DNA of 53,069 nucleotides from a virus (IMGVR_UViG_3300033145_002955:1-53069), one strand, 5' to 3'; shown: positions 1-10,231, counted from the first letter of the stretch. Made by a program: numbers and translations. Notes: a model not told the origin generated them from the letters alone.

Positions 1-114
1 AATCGCTGATGCTATGACCACCAATTCCACCGGATTTACGAAACACGTTCCTCGTGCTTTCAGCAACATTTCGAGTTCGCTGGGTTCGCTTGGTGCCGGG
101 ACATCGCTGTATTT
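1..114. repeat. Terminal direct repeat, copy 1 (circular overlap)
   Basis: Identical to 52956-53069. Confidence 0.97.
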
Positions 115-769
115 GCAACTGACTAAATCCGGAACGGGGATGACTCTGTCGGGTGTTACGGTTGCGGTGACGTTTGAAATCAACATTCCCGAATCGGAAA
201 GTGGCACTGCAACGGACAATGTTATACGTGTCATCAATGGGGGTGCCGGAACTGATGGATTTCTCGAATCGGACCACGTGCAAAGAGACCATTTGAGAAT
301 CAGACGTAACGGTGAGACCGTGTTGGTGATTGATGTCGATGGAATCATCAAACCGGGGGATTCCTACGTTCCTCCCGACCAGTACTATTTTCACGTTGCC
401 AATGTCGGCACGATAGTCGATGCCGATGGTGGAGCGAAGAAATCGCCGATATTCAAACCCGTTGGTACAGTGAAAATCGAGAAAATCTATTACGGGGTGA
501 ATCAAACACTTGCCGCCGATGATGACACGAATTATACTCAAATTCTCATCAAAGACGGTTCCGGGAACATCTTGACGGATGCCTATGCAAACGGACCTAC
601 GACCGAGTCCGATTTGACTGCTGGTAGATTCTATGACATGGGGGACATCAATGAGACGTATGCAAACATCACGAGTAGCGAACAAATCCAAGCTGAGTAC
701 GTTTGTAATGGGACTGCTCCTGATGTCCCGGGTCTTACGTTTGTTGTCGTTTTCAGGAAGCTTGACTGA
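1..769 (+). CDS. 3' part of a junction-spanning virion protein (about 369 aa, starts at 52615)
   Basis: ATG at 14 maps to 52969, in frame with the ORF from 52615; beta-rich; lies between head-closure and tail-terminator genes. Confidence 0.8.
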   Translation, partial: IADAMTTNSTGFTKHVPRAFSNISSSLGSLGAGTSLYLQLTKSGTGMTLSGVTVAVTFEINIPESESGTATDNVIRVINGGAGTDGFLESDHVQRDHLRIRRNGETVLVIDVDGIIKPGDSYVPPDQYYFHVANVGTIVDADGGAKKSPIFKPVGTVKIEKIYYGVNQTLAADDDTNYTQILIKDGSGNILTDAYANGPTTESDLTAGRFYDMGDINETYANITSSEQIQAEYVCNGTAPDVPGLTFVVVFRKLD

Positions 770-1197
770 TGAGTGGCGCAAATACAATGGTGGATGTTGA
801 GTCCGCTGTCCGTGATTATTTGATGACTGATGAAGTCAATCAACGGATAGTCGGTTATTCAGGCTCAACAATCAAGGTGTATCTGTACGAGTTCAATCCC
901 GATGCTCCAAAGACGTGTCTGATGGTGCGGGAGGTAGGGGGGTCCGGGAACGTGTATTTGAGATTGGACAACGTCATGATTCAGGTTTGGACCAGGGCAG
1001 AGCATCCAGAGATAGCAAAAAAGCTCATGCTTCGTGTGGATGATGAGCTCCACCAGCTTGGTCCGAAGCAGTTAAATGATGATGTATTTTGCCACACCAT
1101 GTTGAGAAACACCGGCAAGCAGCGTGTTGACGACCCGGTAACGAAGTTGGCACAGTATTTCGTAACCTATAACGTCATTTGTTCGAGAGTGGATTGA
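769..1197 (+). CDS. Tail terminator / tail completion protein
   Basis: 142 aa, IQVWTRA motif, position upstream of the tail tube gene. Confidence 0.65.
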   Translation: MSGANTMVDVESAVRDYLMTDEVNQRIVGYSGSTIKVYLYEFNPDAPKTCLMVREVGGSGNVYLRLDNVMIQVWTRAEHPEIAKKLMLRVDDELHQLGPKQLNDDVFCHTMLRNTGKQRVDDPVTKLAQYFVTYNVICSRVD

Positions 1198-1619
1198 TGC
1201 AACAAGTTCTTGAGTTGAAAATCGAAGGTTTGGACGGCCTGCTGACGACATTCAAACGCTATTTTGACGACATAGATAGCGATGAAATCATTTTGCAGGC
1301 TTTGGCGAGAATCGGAAAGGAGGTTGAAGCACGAGCAAAAGACATTTTACAGGAAAAAATATACAACACCCCGGAGAGGGGTTACGTTAGAACCGGGATG
1401 TTGAGGGCGAGAACGATTTCGGATGCACCGAAAAAGGGGAAGGATGGTCCGGAGGTCACAATCAGGTCCAAGCAATATTACGCTGTGTATGTCGAGCTTG
1501 GAACGTCCAAGATGAAACCGAGAGCGTTCCTTCTCCCAGCGGCGCAGGACAAGAAGGACGATGCCCTTGACATTTTGAAGAAGGCATTGACGGATTTTCT
1601 AAAACAGAAAATCTCATAA
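1197..1619 (+). CDS. HK97 gp10-like tail completion protein
   Basis: VRTGMLR...YAVYVELGTSKMKPRAFLLPA motif; ATG overlaps the upstream stop. Confidence 0.85.
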   Translation: MQQVLELKIEGLDGLLTTFKRYFDDIDSDEIILQALARIGKEVEARAKDILQEKIYNTPERGYVRTGMLRARTISDAPKKGKDGPEVTIRSKQYYAVYVELGTSKMKPRAFLLPAAQDKKDDALDILKKALTDFLKQKIS

Positions 1620-1637
1620 TCAAGAGGAGGTTCAATC

Positions 1638-2192
1638 ATGGCTAACGCAACTATCACTCCCGGCAGCATTCAAATGAGTGCCGCTCAGCTTACCGTCAAC
1701 GGCTCTGATATAGGGGCGACGGATGGGGGCATCACGTTTACTCCTACCGTCACTGTTCAGAAGGTTTTCGTTGACCAGTCCTCTATGCCGGTGAGGCATT
1801 TCATTGTGCAGGAGGAGGTACAGGTCACGACCAATCTTGCCGAGTACACGCTTGACAACTTGGCGAAGGCGATTCCGGGCAGTACGTTGACTACCGATGG
1901 AACGGACCCGAATAAGAAAAAAGTTGAGGTCGGCGGCGGTCAAATCGACAATGACAATGACTATGTTGAGCTTGTCATCACCCCGTTGATTGACGGTTCG
2001 GCAACGCTTGCTACCGACAACAACCTGAAAATCACGATTTTCAAGTGTATTCCCACAACCCATCCGGAGCTTGCCTTCACGAAGGACGGCGTCAGATATA
2101 TCCCGGTGACGTGGGATGCCAAACGTGATGAAACGAAAGACCCCGGCAAGCAGTTGTATCTGCTGGGTGATGAGAGCGCAACATCATCGTGA
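1638..2192 (+). CDS. Major tail tube protein
   Basis: Strong SD (AGGAGG); DIGATDGGITF and LAEYTLDNL patterns typical of siphovirus tube proteins; synteny. Confidence 0.8.
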   Translation: MANATITPGSIQMSAAQLTVNGSDIGATDGGITFTPTVTVQKVFVDQSSMPVRHFIVQEEVQVTTNLAEYTLDNLAKAIPGSTLTTDGTDPNKKKVEVGGGQIDNDNDYVELVITPLIDGSATLATDNNLKITIFKCIPTTHPELAFTKDGVRYIPVTWDAKRDETKDPGKQLYLLGDESATSS

Positions 2193-2302
2193 TGAAATTT
2201 GCCCCATTTACTGGGCGCATTTGCGCTTTCTCGGTAGGAGACGATTCATGTATCGTCTTTGAAAAAATAATCGCTTACAGAGCGAAATTGGAGGAGTGAG
2301 AA

Positions 2303-2794
2303 ATGGCAACATCAAAGAAAAGGGTGACGACTCCGAAGGATTGGTCGAAGCGTAACCTAAATATCAGATTGTTGGAACTTCCGAGCGGGGCTGTTTTCAG
2401 GGTTCGAAATGTTGACCTGCAAAACATGCTGACGCAAGGATATCTCCCCTTGGCGCTGGTTAACACGTTCCTTGAAACCAGCGCCAGGGTTTCAATGAAT
2501 GCCCGGCAAGGCAAATCGGAATGGGATGATATGGACGAGGAGACCATACAGAAGGTGGACGAGGTTGCCCGAAAACTCGTTTGCCTTGCGGTGCTTGAGC
2601 CCCGAATTTCGATGGATGAAGAAACATCGGATGATGTCATCAACGTGAACGATTTGCCGTTTCAGGACTGTCTTTTCATCTTCGCTAATTGTGTTTCCGG
2701 AGGAGCATTGATGTTCAGTCCCTTTCGTGGAGAAGGACAGTTACGTGATGCTCCTGGACAGGATGAGTCAGCGGTACGGGAAAAGGCCGTCTGA
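2303..2794 (+). CDS. Tail assembly chaperone (G-like)
   Basis: Between tail tube and tape measure; LPSGAVFRVR; overlaps the next ORF at CCC TTT CGT. Confidence 0.75.
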   Translation: MATSKKRVTTPKDWSKRNLNIRLLELPSGAVFRVRNVDLQNMLTQGYLPLALVNTFLETSARVSMNARQGKSEWDDMDEETIQKVDEVARKLVCLAVLEPRISMDEETSDDVINVNDLPFQDCLFIFANCVSGGALMFSPFRGEGQLRDAPGQDESAVREKAV

Positions 2795-2966
2795 AATCAT
2801 TGGAATTGATGATGAAATTGTTGCTTTCGACTTTGATTGTGCTGTTATGATGAAGGCGACGATGCTTGAACATGAGCGGGCTGAAAAGGGGGAGGAGTTG
2901 GCCCCGGAAGAGGAGCTCGAAAGATTGAAGGCACAATTTAACACCATAGGGTTCGGATATCACTGA
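2727..2966 (+). CDS. Tail assembly chaperone extension (T-like, probably by +1 frameshift)
   Basis: RYGKRPSEIIGI...AFDFDCA; +1 frame relative to the upstream ORF; abuts the tape measure start. Confidence 0.7.
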   Translation: MEKDSYVMLLDRMSQRYGKRPSEIIGIDDEIVAFDFDCAVMMKATMLEHERAEKGEELAPEEELERLKAQFNTIGFGYH

Positions 2967-5900
2967 TGGAAAATATCAATGTTGGAAATTTGATTGTCGG
3001 AATCAAGACGCAACTTGCCGAGTTCCAAAAGGGTATGAAAAATGCTCATCAATCCCTTGCCGGGTTCGGCAAGATGTCGGAGCAAACCCGTAAGAACTTG
3101 AGGAACGTCAGCCTTGCCCTTGCCGGTGTCAGCGGTTCGTTGACGGCATCTTTAGGAATGGCCACAAAGGCTGCTCTTGACTACAACAAACAACTTGCCA
3201 ATTTGCAAACGATGGTCGGCAACAATGAGAAGCGGATGAAGGAGTGGCGTGATGGCATTCAAGCATTGTCTGCAGATTTGGGTAAGAGCACGGCGGATTT
3301 GACCGATGGTGCTTATCAGGTTGTTTCCGCCTTCGGGGATAGTTCCGATGCTATGGACATTCTTGCTATCTCTGCAAAGGCGGCAACGGCGGGGGCTGCC
3401 GAAACGACCGATGCTATCAATTTGTTGTCCGCAGTGACAAAGGGTTATGGGGATACGAGTAAAGAGGCGGTTGAATCCGCTTCAGACCTGGCCTTTATGA
3501 CCGTGAAACTGGGGCAAACGACATTCCCCGAGTTGGCAAGTAGCATCGGACGTGTTGTCCCTCTTGCTGCTTCATTGACATTGAGTCAGAAGGAATTGTT
3601 TGCGGTGATGGCGACCGCAACCGGGGTTACGGGAAGTGCTGCTGAAGTCTCTACGCAATTACGGGGTGTCTTACAATCACTGATGGCACCTACCAAAGAC
3701 ATGACCGAGCTTTTGAACAGCATGGGATATGAATCGGGGAAGGCGATGCTTCAAGAGCTTGGTCTCGCTGACACGTTGAAAGTCATCAAGCGTGTGCAGG
3801 AAGAATCCGGGAAACCTCTCCAAGCATACATCAGTTCTATTGAGGGACAAACATTGGCGCTCGCATTGAGCGGTGAGCAAGCTGATGCCTACACCGAGAA
3901 ATTGAAACAAATGGAAAATGCTGCGGGTGCCACGCAAGACGCCTTTGATGCCCAAACGAAAGGGGTGAATAGTGCAGGATTCGCTTTAGAACAGGCGAAG
4001 AAATCAATCATCATTCTTGCCCAGCAAATAGGACAGAAATTTCAACCCGCAATTGAACAGGTGTCTGTTGTGGTAGCATCATTTGCCAAAGGTCTGACCG
4101 AGTTTGTTGATGAACATCCCAGGATTGTCAAGGCTGTTGGAGCTTTGGCTCTGGCTTTGGGAGGAATCGCAGCAGTGCTCGGAACGATTTTAGCAGTGAG
4201 TACCGGATTACCTGCTTTGCTTGCAGGTTTGGGAGCGTTGTCCGGAATACTTGCGGTGGGGGCGCCGTTACTTGTTGGTCTCGCCGCTGTTGCGGGGGCG
4301 ATTATGTTGATTATTAAATATTGGGATAATATTTCTGCGGCGGTAAAAGCAGGGTGGGAAACGATAATAAAACCTGCAATCGGGGCTATCAAAGACGGAT
4401 TCATAATTCTGAGTGAAAAGATTGCTGAAATTTCAAAGAATATTTGGGATAACATAAAGACAACATTTGGGGGGCTCTTTGATGTTGTTTCACCCGTGTT
4501 TGGCTACATGATAGATTCATTTGGGGAAATCTGGAAAGTGGTACAGCGAGTGATGGGATGGGTCTGGACAAAGGTTTCTACTATATTTGGGAAAATATAT
4601 AACACGTTTGTCCGGATAATGGAGAAATTTGGGGTTGAGATGCCGGAGTTCGAGGAATTGATTTCCGGACTTGAAGAGACAAATGAAAGCGTCGTCGAAA
4701 ATATAAAGAGCAAATGGGATGAGTTTACGAAACGCTATAAAGAAAATTTAGAGGAACAAACAAAGAAAACTGATGATGAAATCACAAAGCAGGTTGAGCT
4801 TGCCAAACAACAAACTGAAGACCTCTCAAAGGAAGAAGACAAGCGAACAGAGAAAATTGTTACCGCTGCTGAAGAGCGAAAGGAAAAACAAAAGACGGCC
4901 GATGATGCCTTGAAGGCATACAGAGAAAAGCAACATGCGGACATGGTCGCTGAAATGTTGAAACAGGAAGAGGAAGCCGCTGAAAAGGCATCCGAGGAAT
5001 GGGGAGAAAAATTTGACCTTGCCTATGAAGAATTAAAGCGTGAATATGGGGAAATGCTCAATGATGAGCAAATTCAATTTGCGGCGATGCTTGAAGCAAA
5101 TGGAGAAGACTGGAGGGCGTTTATAGAAGAGGAAATAAAAAAGCAAACCCCTACCGCTTTTGATATTGCATTTCAGGGAGTTGGTGAGAAATTTGAAGAG
5201 CGCATTGATGCAATGGCGGACGCTTGGTTGGAGAACATACAGCATGGACGTTTCAAAGATTCCTTTGATTTCATGGGGGAGTATTTGAAACGGACATTCC
5301 AATCTACATTCATGGATATCGAAACAAATATTTTGCAGGCGTTTTTTGACAAACTAAAACGTGGTTTCAAGGATGCTTTGGCAGGAGTTGGACAAACATT
5401 ATTGGATGCTATTACTGGAGGAAAAGGTCGAGCAGCATTTCCTGAAGGTGCTGGTGCTGTTGTCGGTGCCGTCACCAAGGCGGGAGGGGCATTAGCAACC
5501 GCCGCAACTGCCGCTTTACCTGCTTTAGGGATTGCCGCGGCCGGTGCTGGTGCCTATTTCGCCGCCAAGGCGATGGCTGAAAAACTCGGGTACAAGCATA
5601 CGACACAGAAGGAGCGGAGTATCAAAGCGGCAAGCAAGGAGGGGCATCTCGCCGCCAAATATGCGGGTTTGGTAGCGGCTTATAATGACGTTGCTACATG
5701 GACGGCGGCGAATGCCCGACTAATGAATGAGGTCAAGGTGTGGGCGGACAAGACGTGGCAGGGGAAGCCTCTCGATACTGAAACAGCGGTCAGCAAATTC
5801 AGGGAATCAATCATACACCAAATGCTGAATGACCCGAAGTTCAAGGGGAAGATTCCGAAAAGCACAGCAGAACAAATTGCAAACATAGGCGCCGAGGCTA

Positions 5901-6199
5901 TCAGACTATATAAAACGGGGGAGCTGGCGGAGCTTGACAAAGCAAATACGTTAAAGGGCTTCCACACCGGCGGCATCATCCCGGGAAGGATTGGTGAGGA
6001 AAAGATAGTGAAGGTGTTGGCGGGTGAGGAAGTGGTAACCCGGAATGACCCAAGACATATTCAGAATTTCGGGCAGGGCATGAAGGTCATCATCACCGGA
6101 AACAACATCAATTCAGAATTGGATATGCAGAGGCTGGCGCATGTCGCCGCTGATGAAATCATGAAACAACTTAAATATCAGACGAAGTTTGTGAGATGA
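2966..6199 (+). CDS. Tape measure protein (TP901-like core)
   Basis: 1077 aa, Ala-rich helical core, central hydrophobic stretch, Trp-spaced repeats, C-terminal FHTGGI motif. Confidence 0.93.
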   Translation: MENINVGNLIVGIKTQLAEFQKGMKNAHQSLAGFGKMSEQTRKNLRNVSLALAGVSGSLTASLGMATKAALDYNKQLANLQTMVGNNEKRMKEWRDGIQALSADLGKSTADLTDGAYQVVSAFGDSSDAMDILAISAKAATAGAAETTDAINLLSAVTKGYGDTSKEAVESASDLAFMTVKLGQTTFPELASSIGRVVPLAASLTLSQKELFAVMATATGVTGSAAEVSTQLRGVLQSLMAPTKDMTELLNSMGYESGKAMLQELGLADTLKVIKRVQEESGKPLQAYISSIEGQTLALALSGEQADAYTEKLKQMENAAGATQDAFDAQTKGVNSAGFALEQAKKSIIILAQQIGQKFQPAIEQVSVVVASFAKGLTEFVDEHPRIVKAVGALALALGGIAAVLGTILAVSTGLPALLAGLGALSGILAVGAPLLVGLAAVAGAIMLIIKYWDNISAAVKAGWETIIKPAIGAIKDGFIILSEKIAEISKNIWDNIKTTFGGLFDVVSPVFGYMIDSFGEIWKVVQRVMGWVWTKVSTIFGKIYNTFVRIMEKFGVEMPEFEELISGLEETNESVVENIKSKWDEFTKRYKENLEEQTKKTDDEITKQVELAKQQTEDLSKEEDKRTEKIVTAAEERKEKQKTADDALKAYREKQHADMVAEMLKQEEEAAEKASEEWGEKFDLAYEELKREYGEMLNDEQIQFAAMLEANGEDWRAFIEEEIKKQTPTAFDIAFQGVGEKFEERIDAMADAWLENIQHGRFKDSFDFMGEYLKRTFQSTFMDIETNILQAFFDKLKRGFKDALAGVGQTLLDAITGGKGRAAFPEGAGAVVGAVTKAGGALATAATAALPALGIAAAGAGAYFAAKAMAEKLGYKHTTQKERSIKAASKEGHLAAKYAGLVAAYNDVATWTAANARLMNEVKVWADKTWQGKPLDTETAVSKFRESIIHQMLNDPKFKGKIPKSTAEQIANIGAEAIRLYKTGELAELDKANTLKGFHTGGIIPGRIGEEKIVKVLAGEEVVTRNDPRHIQNFGQGMKVIITGNNINSELDMQRLAHVAADEIMKQLKYQTKFVR

Positions 6200-7638
6200 T
6201 TGTCGTAACTATAAATGGAAGCACGGTTGAAACGTCCGGACTCAGAATCGTCCAAGCGTTGACGCATTCTCCCGATACGTGTTCCTTTACGTTGTATGCT
6301 CCCGATACGGTCCCGGAAGCGGGACAAGAGGTTTATTGTTATTTGGACTCAACTTCGGGGGACGTTCTATTTGGCGGTGTAATTGTGTCGGTGACACAGG
6401 CGAAGTTAGCACCGAATGAAATTCCATCAAATCGCTTGTTCAAATACATCGTGGAATGCCAGGATTTCAGCAGGGTTTTGGACAGACATTTGGTTGCCAA
6501 TTCATATTCGAGCAAAAATTCTGCTGAAATAATCGATGACATCATCACCAACTACGTGGACACTTCATTTGGCTTTACGACAAACAATGTCGAGACGAGC
6601 AGGACAATTACGAGAGTTGTTTTCAACTACATTCCGGTTTCACAAGCCATTTCGGAGCTCGCCGATTTGCTAAACTGGGATTGGTATGTCGATTATTCCA
6701 AGGACATTCATTTCTTCGAGAAGGAAAGCCGACCTGCCCCGTTCTCGATTGATGATGATGCTGTGAACAACAAAATAGACAATTTGCAAATCATCCCCGA
6801 TTACTCACAGGTCAGGAATAGAGTGTATGTCAGAGGGGGTTATTATTTGTCAAGCGAATATACCGATAAATGGGTGGCGGATGGGCAATCAAGAATATGG
6901 GCTTTAGGGTACTCCCCACATGAGCCTTCTTCACTGACAATCAATGGTACTCCAAAAACGTTTGCCGTTGACCATCTATATCCCGATGACGGGACCTACG
7001 AATTTTTCTGGAATTACAGTGAGAAATATTTACGATGTGCCGAGAATCCCGGGACCACACCGACACCCTCAAGTGGGGATGTGATTGAGTTCAAATACAA
7101 ATATGAGGTGCCTATTATCGTCCGTGTGGACAACACCGTGTCTCAAGCGGCGATTGCTGCGCTTGAGGGTGGAAATGGGATTTATGAAAGCATCATCAGG
7201 GATGAGACAATTGATTCGTTGGAGTTGGCACATGACAGAGGACTCGCTGAAGTCAATCAATTTGGCAATGTTCAAATCAACGGAAGTTTCACCACATACG
7301 AGTCCGGATTCAAGCAGGGACAATACATCGATTTCAGTGTATCGGGATATGAGAGCTTTCATGGCAAATACCAGGTGCAACGTGTTACGATTGTGCCGGA
7401 GGGGCCACATGCCGAACGGTACACCGTTGAATTTGCCACAACACTGTATGAATTGAAAGACTTCCTGCTGTCGTTGGTTCGTGACAGGACGAGATTGAAA
7501 TTGAGAGAGGACGAAACGGTTGACATTTTGAAGGTCATCAATGAATCAATTACGGTTACCGATTCTGTTTCATTGTCATTAGAAGCGCATCCAACTAAAT
7601 GGGGAGTACCACAATGGGGCTTCGCAACATGGGGTTGA
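6196..7638 (+). CDS. Tail tip / baseplate hub protein
   Basis: 480 aa directly after the tape measure; WDWYVD..KDIHFF and NRVYVRGG hub-like patterns. Confidence 0.65.
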   Translation: MIVVTINGSTVETSGLRIVQALTHSPDTCSFTLYAPDTVPEAGQEVYCYLDSTSGDVLFGGVIVSVTQAKLAPNEIPSNRLFKYIVECQDFSRVLDRHLVANSYSSKNSAEIIDDIITNYVDTSFGFTTNNVETSRTITRVVFNYIPVSQAISELADLLNWDWYVDYSKDIHFFEKESRPAPFSIDDDAVNNKIDNLQIIPDYSQVRNRVYVRGGYYLSSEYTDKWVADGQSRIWALGYSPHEPSSLTINGTPKTFAVDHLYPDDGTYEFFWNYSEKYLRCAENPGTTPTPSSGDVIEFKYKYEVPIIVRVDNTVSQAAIAALEGGNGIYESIIRDETIDSLELAHDRGLAEVNQFGNVQINGSFTTYESGFKQGQYIDFSVSGYESFHGKYQVQRVTIVPEGPHAERYTVEFATTLYELKDFLLSLVRDRTRLKLREDETVDILKVINESITVTDSVSLSLEAHPTKWGVPQWGFATWG

Positions 7639-7642
7639 AATT

Positions 7643-8101
7643 ATGGACTTTGCTGAAGGGTTGAAAATCAAATGCCTTTGGACTTTGCGGTTCACGAATG
7701 TTGAGACCGGAAAAGAACGGTTGGTAAAATACACCAATTTGGTGGTGACTGTCGGCAAGGAAATGATTGCGAAACGGCTTGCTGGTGATGGAAATGATTG
7801 CAACATCACTTATGTTGCTGTGGGCACAGACAACACTGCTCCCGACCCGTCTGACACGACACTTGGAGCTGAATTGGCAAGAAAAGCGGTGACTTCAATT
7901 TCTCGTTCCGGGACGTCTGTTGTCGTAAGAGGGTTTTTCGGGGCGTCGGAAGCTAATGGAACGTTAGCAGAACTCGGATTGTTTGGTGAAAGTGCCTCTG
8001 CAACCCCGGACTCCGGGACGCTATTCAACAGAGCATTAATCAGTGAAACGAAAACATCATCGGAAACGTTGTCAATCGAATGTCAAATAGACATTTCGTG
8101 A
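7643..8101 (+). CDS. Minor tail protein (fibre-base type)
   Basis: NLVVTVG...VAVGT...DTTLGAE...EANGTLAELGLF pattern common in tail proteins. Confidence 0.65.
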   Translation: MDFAEGLKIKCLWTLRFTNVETGKERLVKYTNLVVTVGKEMIAKRLAGDGNDCNITYVAVGTDNTAPDPSDTTLGAELARKAVTSISRSGTSVVVRGFFGASEANGTLAELGLFGESASATPDSGTLFNRALISETKTSSETLSIECQIDIS

Positions 8102-8111
8102 GGGAGGAGTC

Positions 8112-8468
8112 ATGGCATATTCGGCTGTTTCAAAGGTGACGGATGGAGTTGATACGGTTCTTGCTGACCAATACAACTCCCTATATGCCGAGATGAAAGC
8201 GGCTTTGGAGGGTTTATCAACACATGATGTTGACATTTCGTTCACGTATAACGGGGGTTCTGGCGGGAACCTTGTTGATACGGTTACAATCACCGACAAT
8301 ACAGGTGACACCGGATTCTTGATTTCAGGAACGGGCAGTTACACATATGATGCAAATGACAAGTTGACCCAGTTTTCGTTTACGTTTTCATCGCTGGGAA
8401 TCACAGTCACGGAGACCTATTCATATACAGGCGATTACGTCACTTCGATTTCGAGAACAATCACATAA
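8112..8468 (+). CDS. Putative tail protein
   Basis: SD GGAGG; Thr/Ser-rich with YTYD-type beta hairpins; within the tail module. Confidence 0.5.
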   Translation: MAYSAVSKVTDGVDTVLADQYNSLYAEMKAALEGLSTHDVDISFTYNGGSGGNLVDTVTITDNTGDTGFLISGTGSYTYDANDKLTQFSFTFSSLGITVTETYSYTGDYVTSISRTIT

Positions 8469-8485
8469 AGGGGAGGAGTTTCAAA

Positions 8486-10231
8486 ATGGGAGTTCTGGAG
8501 CCTGCAATATATTCGAAGCTGTTTACACTTGGTGACGGCGGCAGCCCCATCATTATCAAGGGCACCTGTGATTCCGGTATGTCCGCATCTACTACGACTA
8601 TTGTGTCTGCCGATTTGAAAAACTACGGAGACGATTATTTCAATGATAAATGGTGGTTACAGATTATCAAAAATGCCAATAGTGTCGGCAATGCTCCTGA
8701 TGGTGAATATCGACGGATAATCGATTACGAATCGTCAACGGGCACGTTTACAACGGAGGCCTTTTCGGCGAATGTAGAAGAGAATGATGAGATTGTTGTG
8801 ATTCATGAGAGTCAATATTTGGCTACTTTGGCAAATGGTAAATCGTTCAAAACGACGGATAACACTATCATCAAGAAAGTAACGGCTGGTGAGGATATTT
8901 CTGTCGGAGATTTTTTAGCCCTCAATAAGTCCGATGGAAAGGCATATTTGGGCATAAATGCAGGACTTGAATGGGGAGATGAATCAGTTTTTGAATCAGC
9001 AAGTACACAGTACATTTCAGCCATTTATGACTCAAACAGTGGCAAAGTCGTCATAGCCTATCAAGACTATGGCAATTCCAGTTACGGCACGGCTGTTATC
9101 GGAACTATCTCCGGAACCAGCATCTCGTTTGGAACGCCAGTCGTGTTCGAATCGGCAGATACACAATACATTTCCGCCACTTATGATTCTGCCAATAATA
9201 AAATTGTTATTGCCTACCGAGACCATACTAATTCTGGTTATGGCACAGCAATAATCGGCACCGTTTCCGGAACCAGCATCTCGTTCGGCACACCAGTCGT
9301 GTTCAATTCAGCAAGTACATATATTGTTTCAACCACTTATGACTCAAACAACAATAGAATTGTTATAACTTATCGAGACGGCGGCAATTCTAATTATGGC
9401 ACAGCCATTGTCAGTACCGTTTCCGGAACCAGCATTTCATTCGGAACGTCGGTCGTTTTCAACTCGGGAAGTACGTATAGCATTTCTGCCGTTTTTGATT
9501 CTGCCAACAATAAAATTGTCATTGCCTATCAAGACGAAGGCAATTCCAACTACGGCACAGCTGTTGTCGGAACTGTCTCCGGAACCAGCATCTCGTTTGG
9601 AACGCCAGTCGTTTTCAATTCAGCGAGTTCGTCTAATATTTCGGCTGTTTATGATTCTGCTAACCAAAAGGTTGTCATATCCTATCGAGATATTGGCAAC
9701 TTCCACTACGGCACGGCTGTTGTTGGAACCGTTTCTGGAGATAGTATTTCATTCGGAACGCCAGTCGTGTTCGAATCGGCAAGTACACAGTACATTTTAG
9801 CCATTTACGATTCAAACGTCGGCAAAGTTGTCATCGCCTATCGAGACGCTGGTAATTCTAATTACGGCACTGCCATTGTCGGGACTGTTTCTGGAGATAG
9901 TATTTCATTCGGAACGCCAGTCGTGTTCGAATCGACGGGTACGAATTACATTTCAGCCACCTATGATTCTACTAACAACAAAATCGTCATAGCTTATAAA
10001 AATGAGGGCAATTCCAATTATGGCACGGCTATAACAAACATTATATTCTGGCTCGGCATTGCACAAAACAGCGGTTCTGCTGATGACGATATTTACGTGA
10101 GATTACTGATAAAAAATGATATAGACAACTCTCTCAATAATCGGACTGTCGGCACCTATTATTATGCTAACAGTGCCGTTGCAATAAGCTCAAGTGAAAT
10201 TGTTATTACCAAGAATTTCTATGATTTGTAA
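8486..10231 (+). CDS. Receptor-binding / tail fibre protein with seven 52-aa repeats (predicted beta-propeller)
   Basis: Repeat FGTPVVFxSxSTxYISAxYDSxNxKIVIAYxDxGNSxYGTAxVGTVSGxSIS; last large tail gene. Confidence 0.75.
   Translation: MGVLEPAIYSKLFTLGDGGSPIIIKGTCDSGMSASTTTIVSADLKNYGDDYFNDKWWLQIIKNANSVGNAPDGEYRRIIDYESSTGTFTTEAFSANVEENDEIVVIHESQYLATLANGKSFKTTDNTIIKKVTAGEDISVGDFLALNKSDGKAYLGINAGLEWGDESVFESASTQYISAIYDSNSGKVVIAYQDYGNSSYGTAVIGTISGTSISFGTPVVFESADTQYISATYDSANNKIVIAYRDHTNSGYGTAIIGTVSGTSISFGTPVVFNSASTYIVSTTYDSNNNRIVITYRDGGNSNYGTAIVSTVSGTSISFGTSVVFNSGSTYSISAVFDSANNKIVIAYQDEGNSNYGTAVVGTVSGTSISFGTPVVFNSASSSNISAVYDSANQKVVISYRDIGNFHYGTAVVGTVSGDSISFGTPVVFESASTQYILAIYDSNVGKVVIAYRDAGNSNYGTAIVGTVSGDSISFGTPVVFESTGTNYISATYDSTNNKIVIAYKNEGNSNYGTAITNIIFWLGIAQNSGSADDDIYVRLLIKNDIDNSLNNRTVGTYYYANSAVAISSSEIVITKNFYDL
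8972..10035 (+). repeat. Seven tandem 156-bp coding repeats
   Basis: 156-bp period; for example 48 bp identical at 9731-9778 and 9887-9934. Confidence 0.92.

Noticed and set aside
8972-10035. Repeats as a CRISPR array or DGR template/variable pair
   Set aside because: They are in-frame 156-bp coding repeats without spacers; no reverse transcriptase is seen and differences are not adenine-specific
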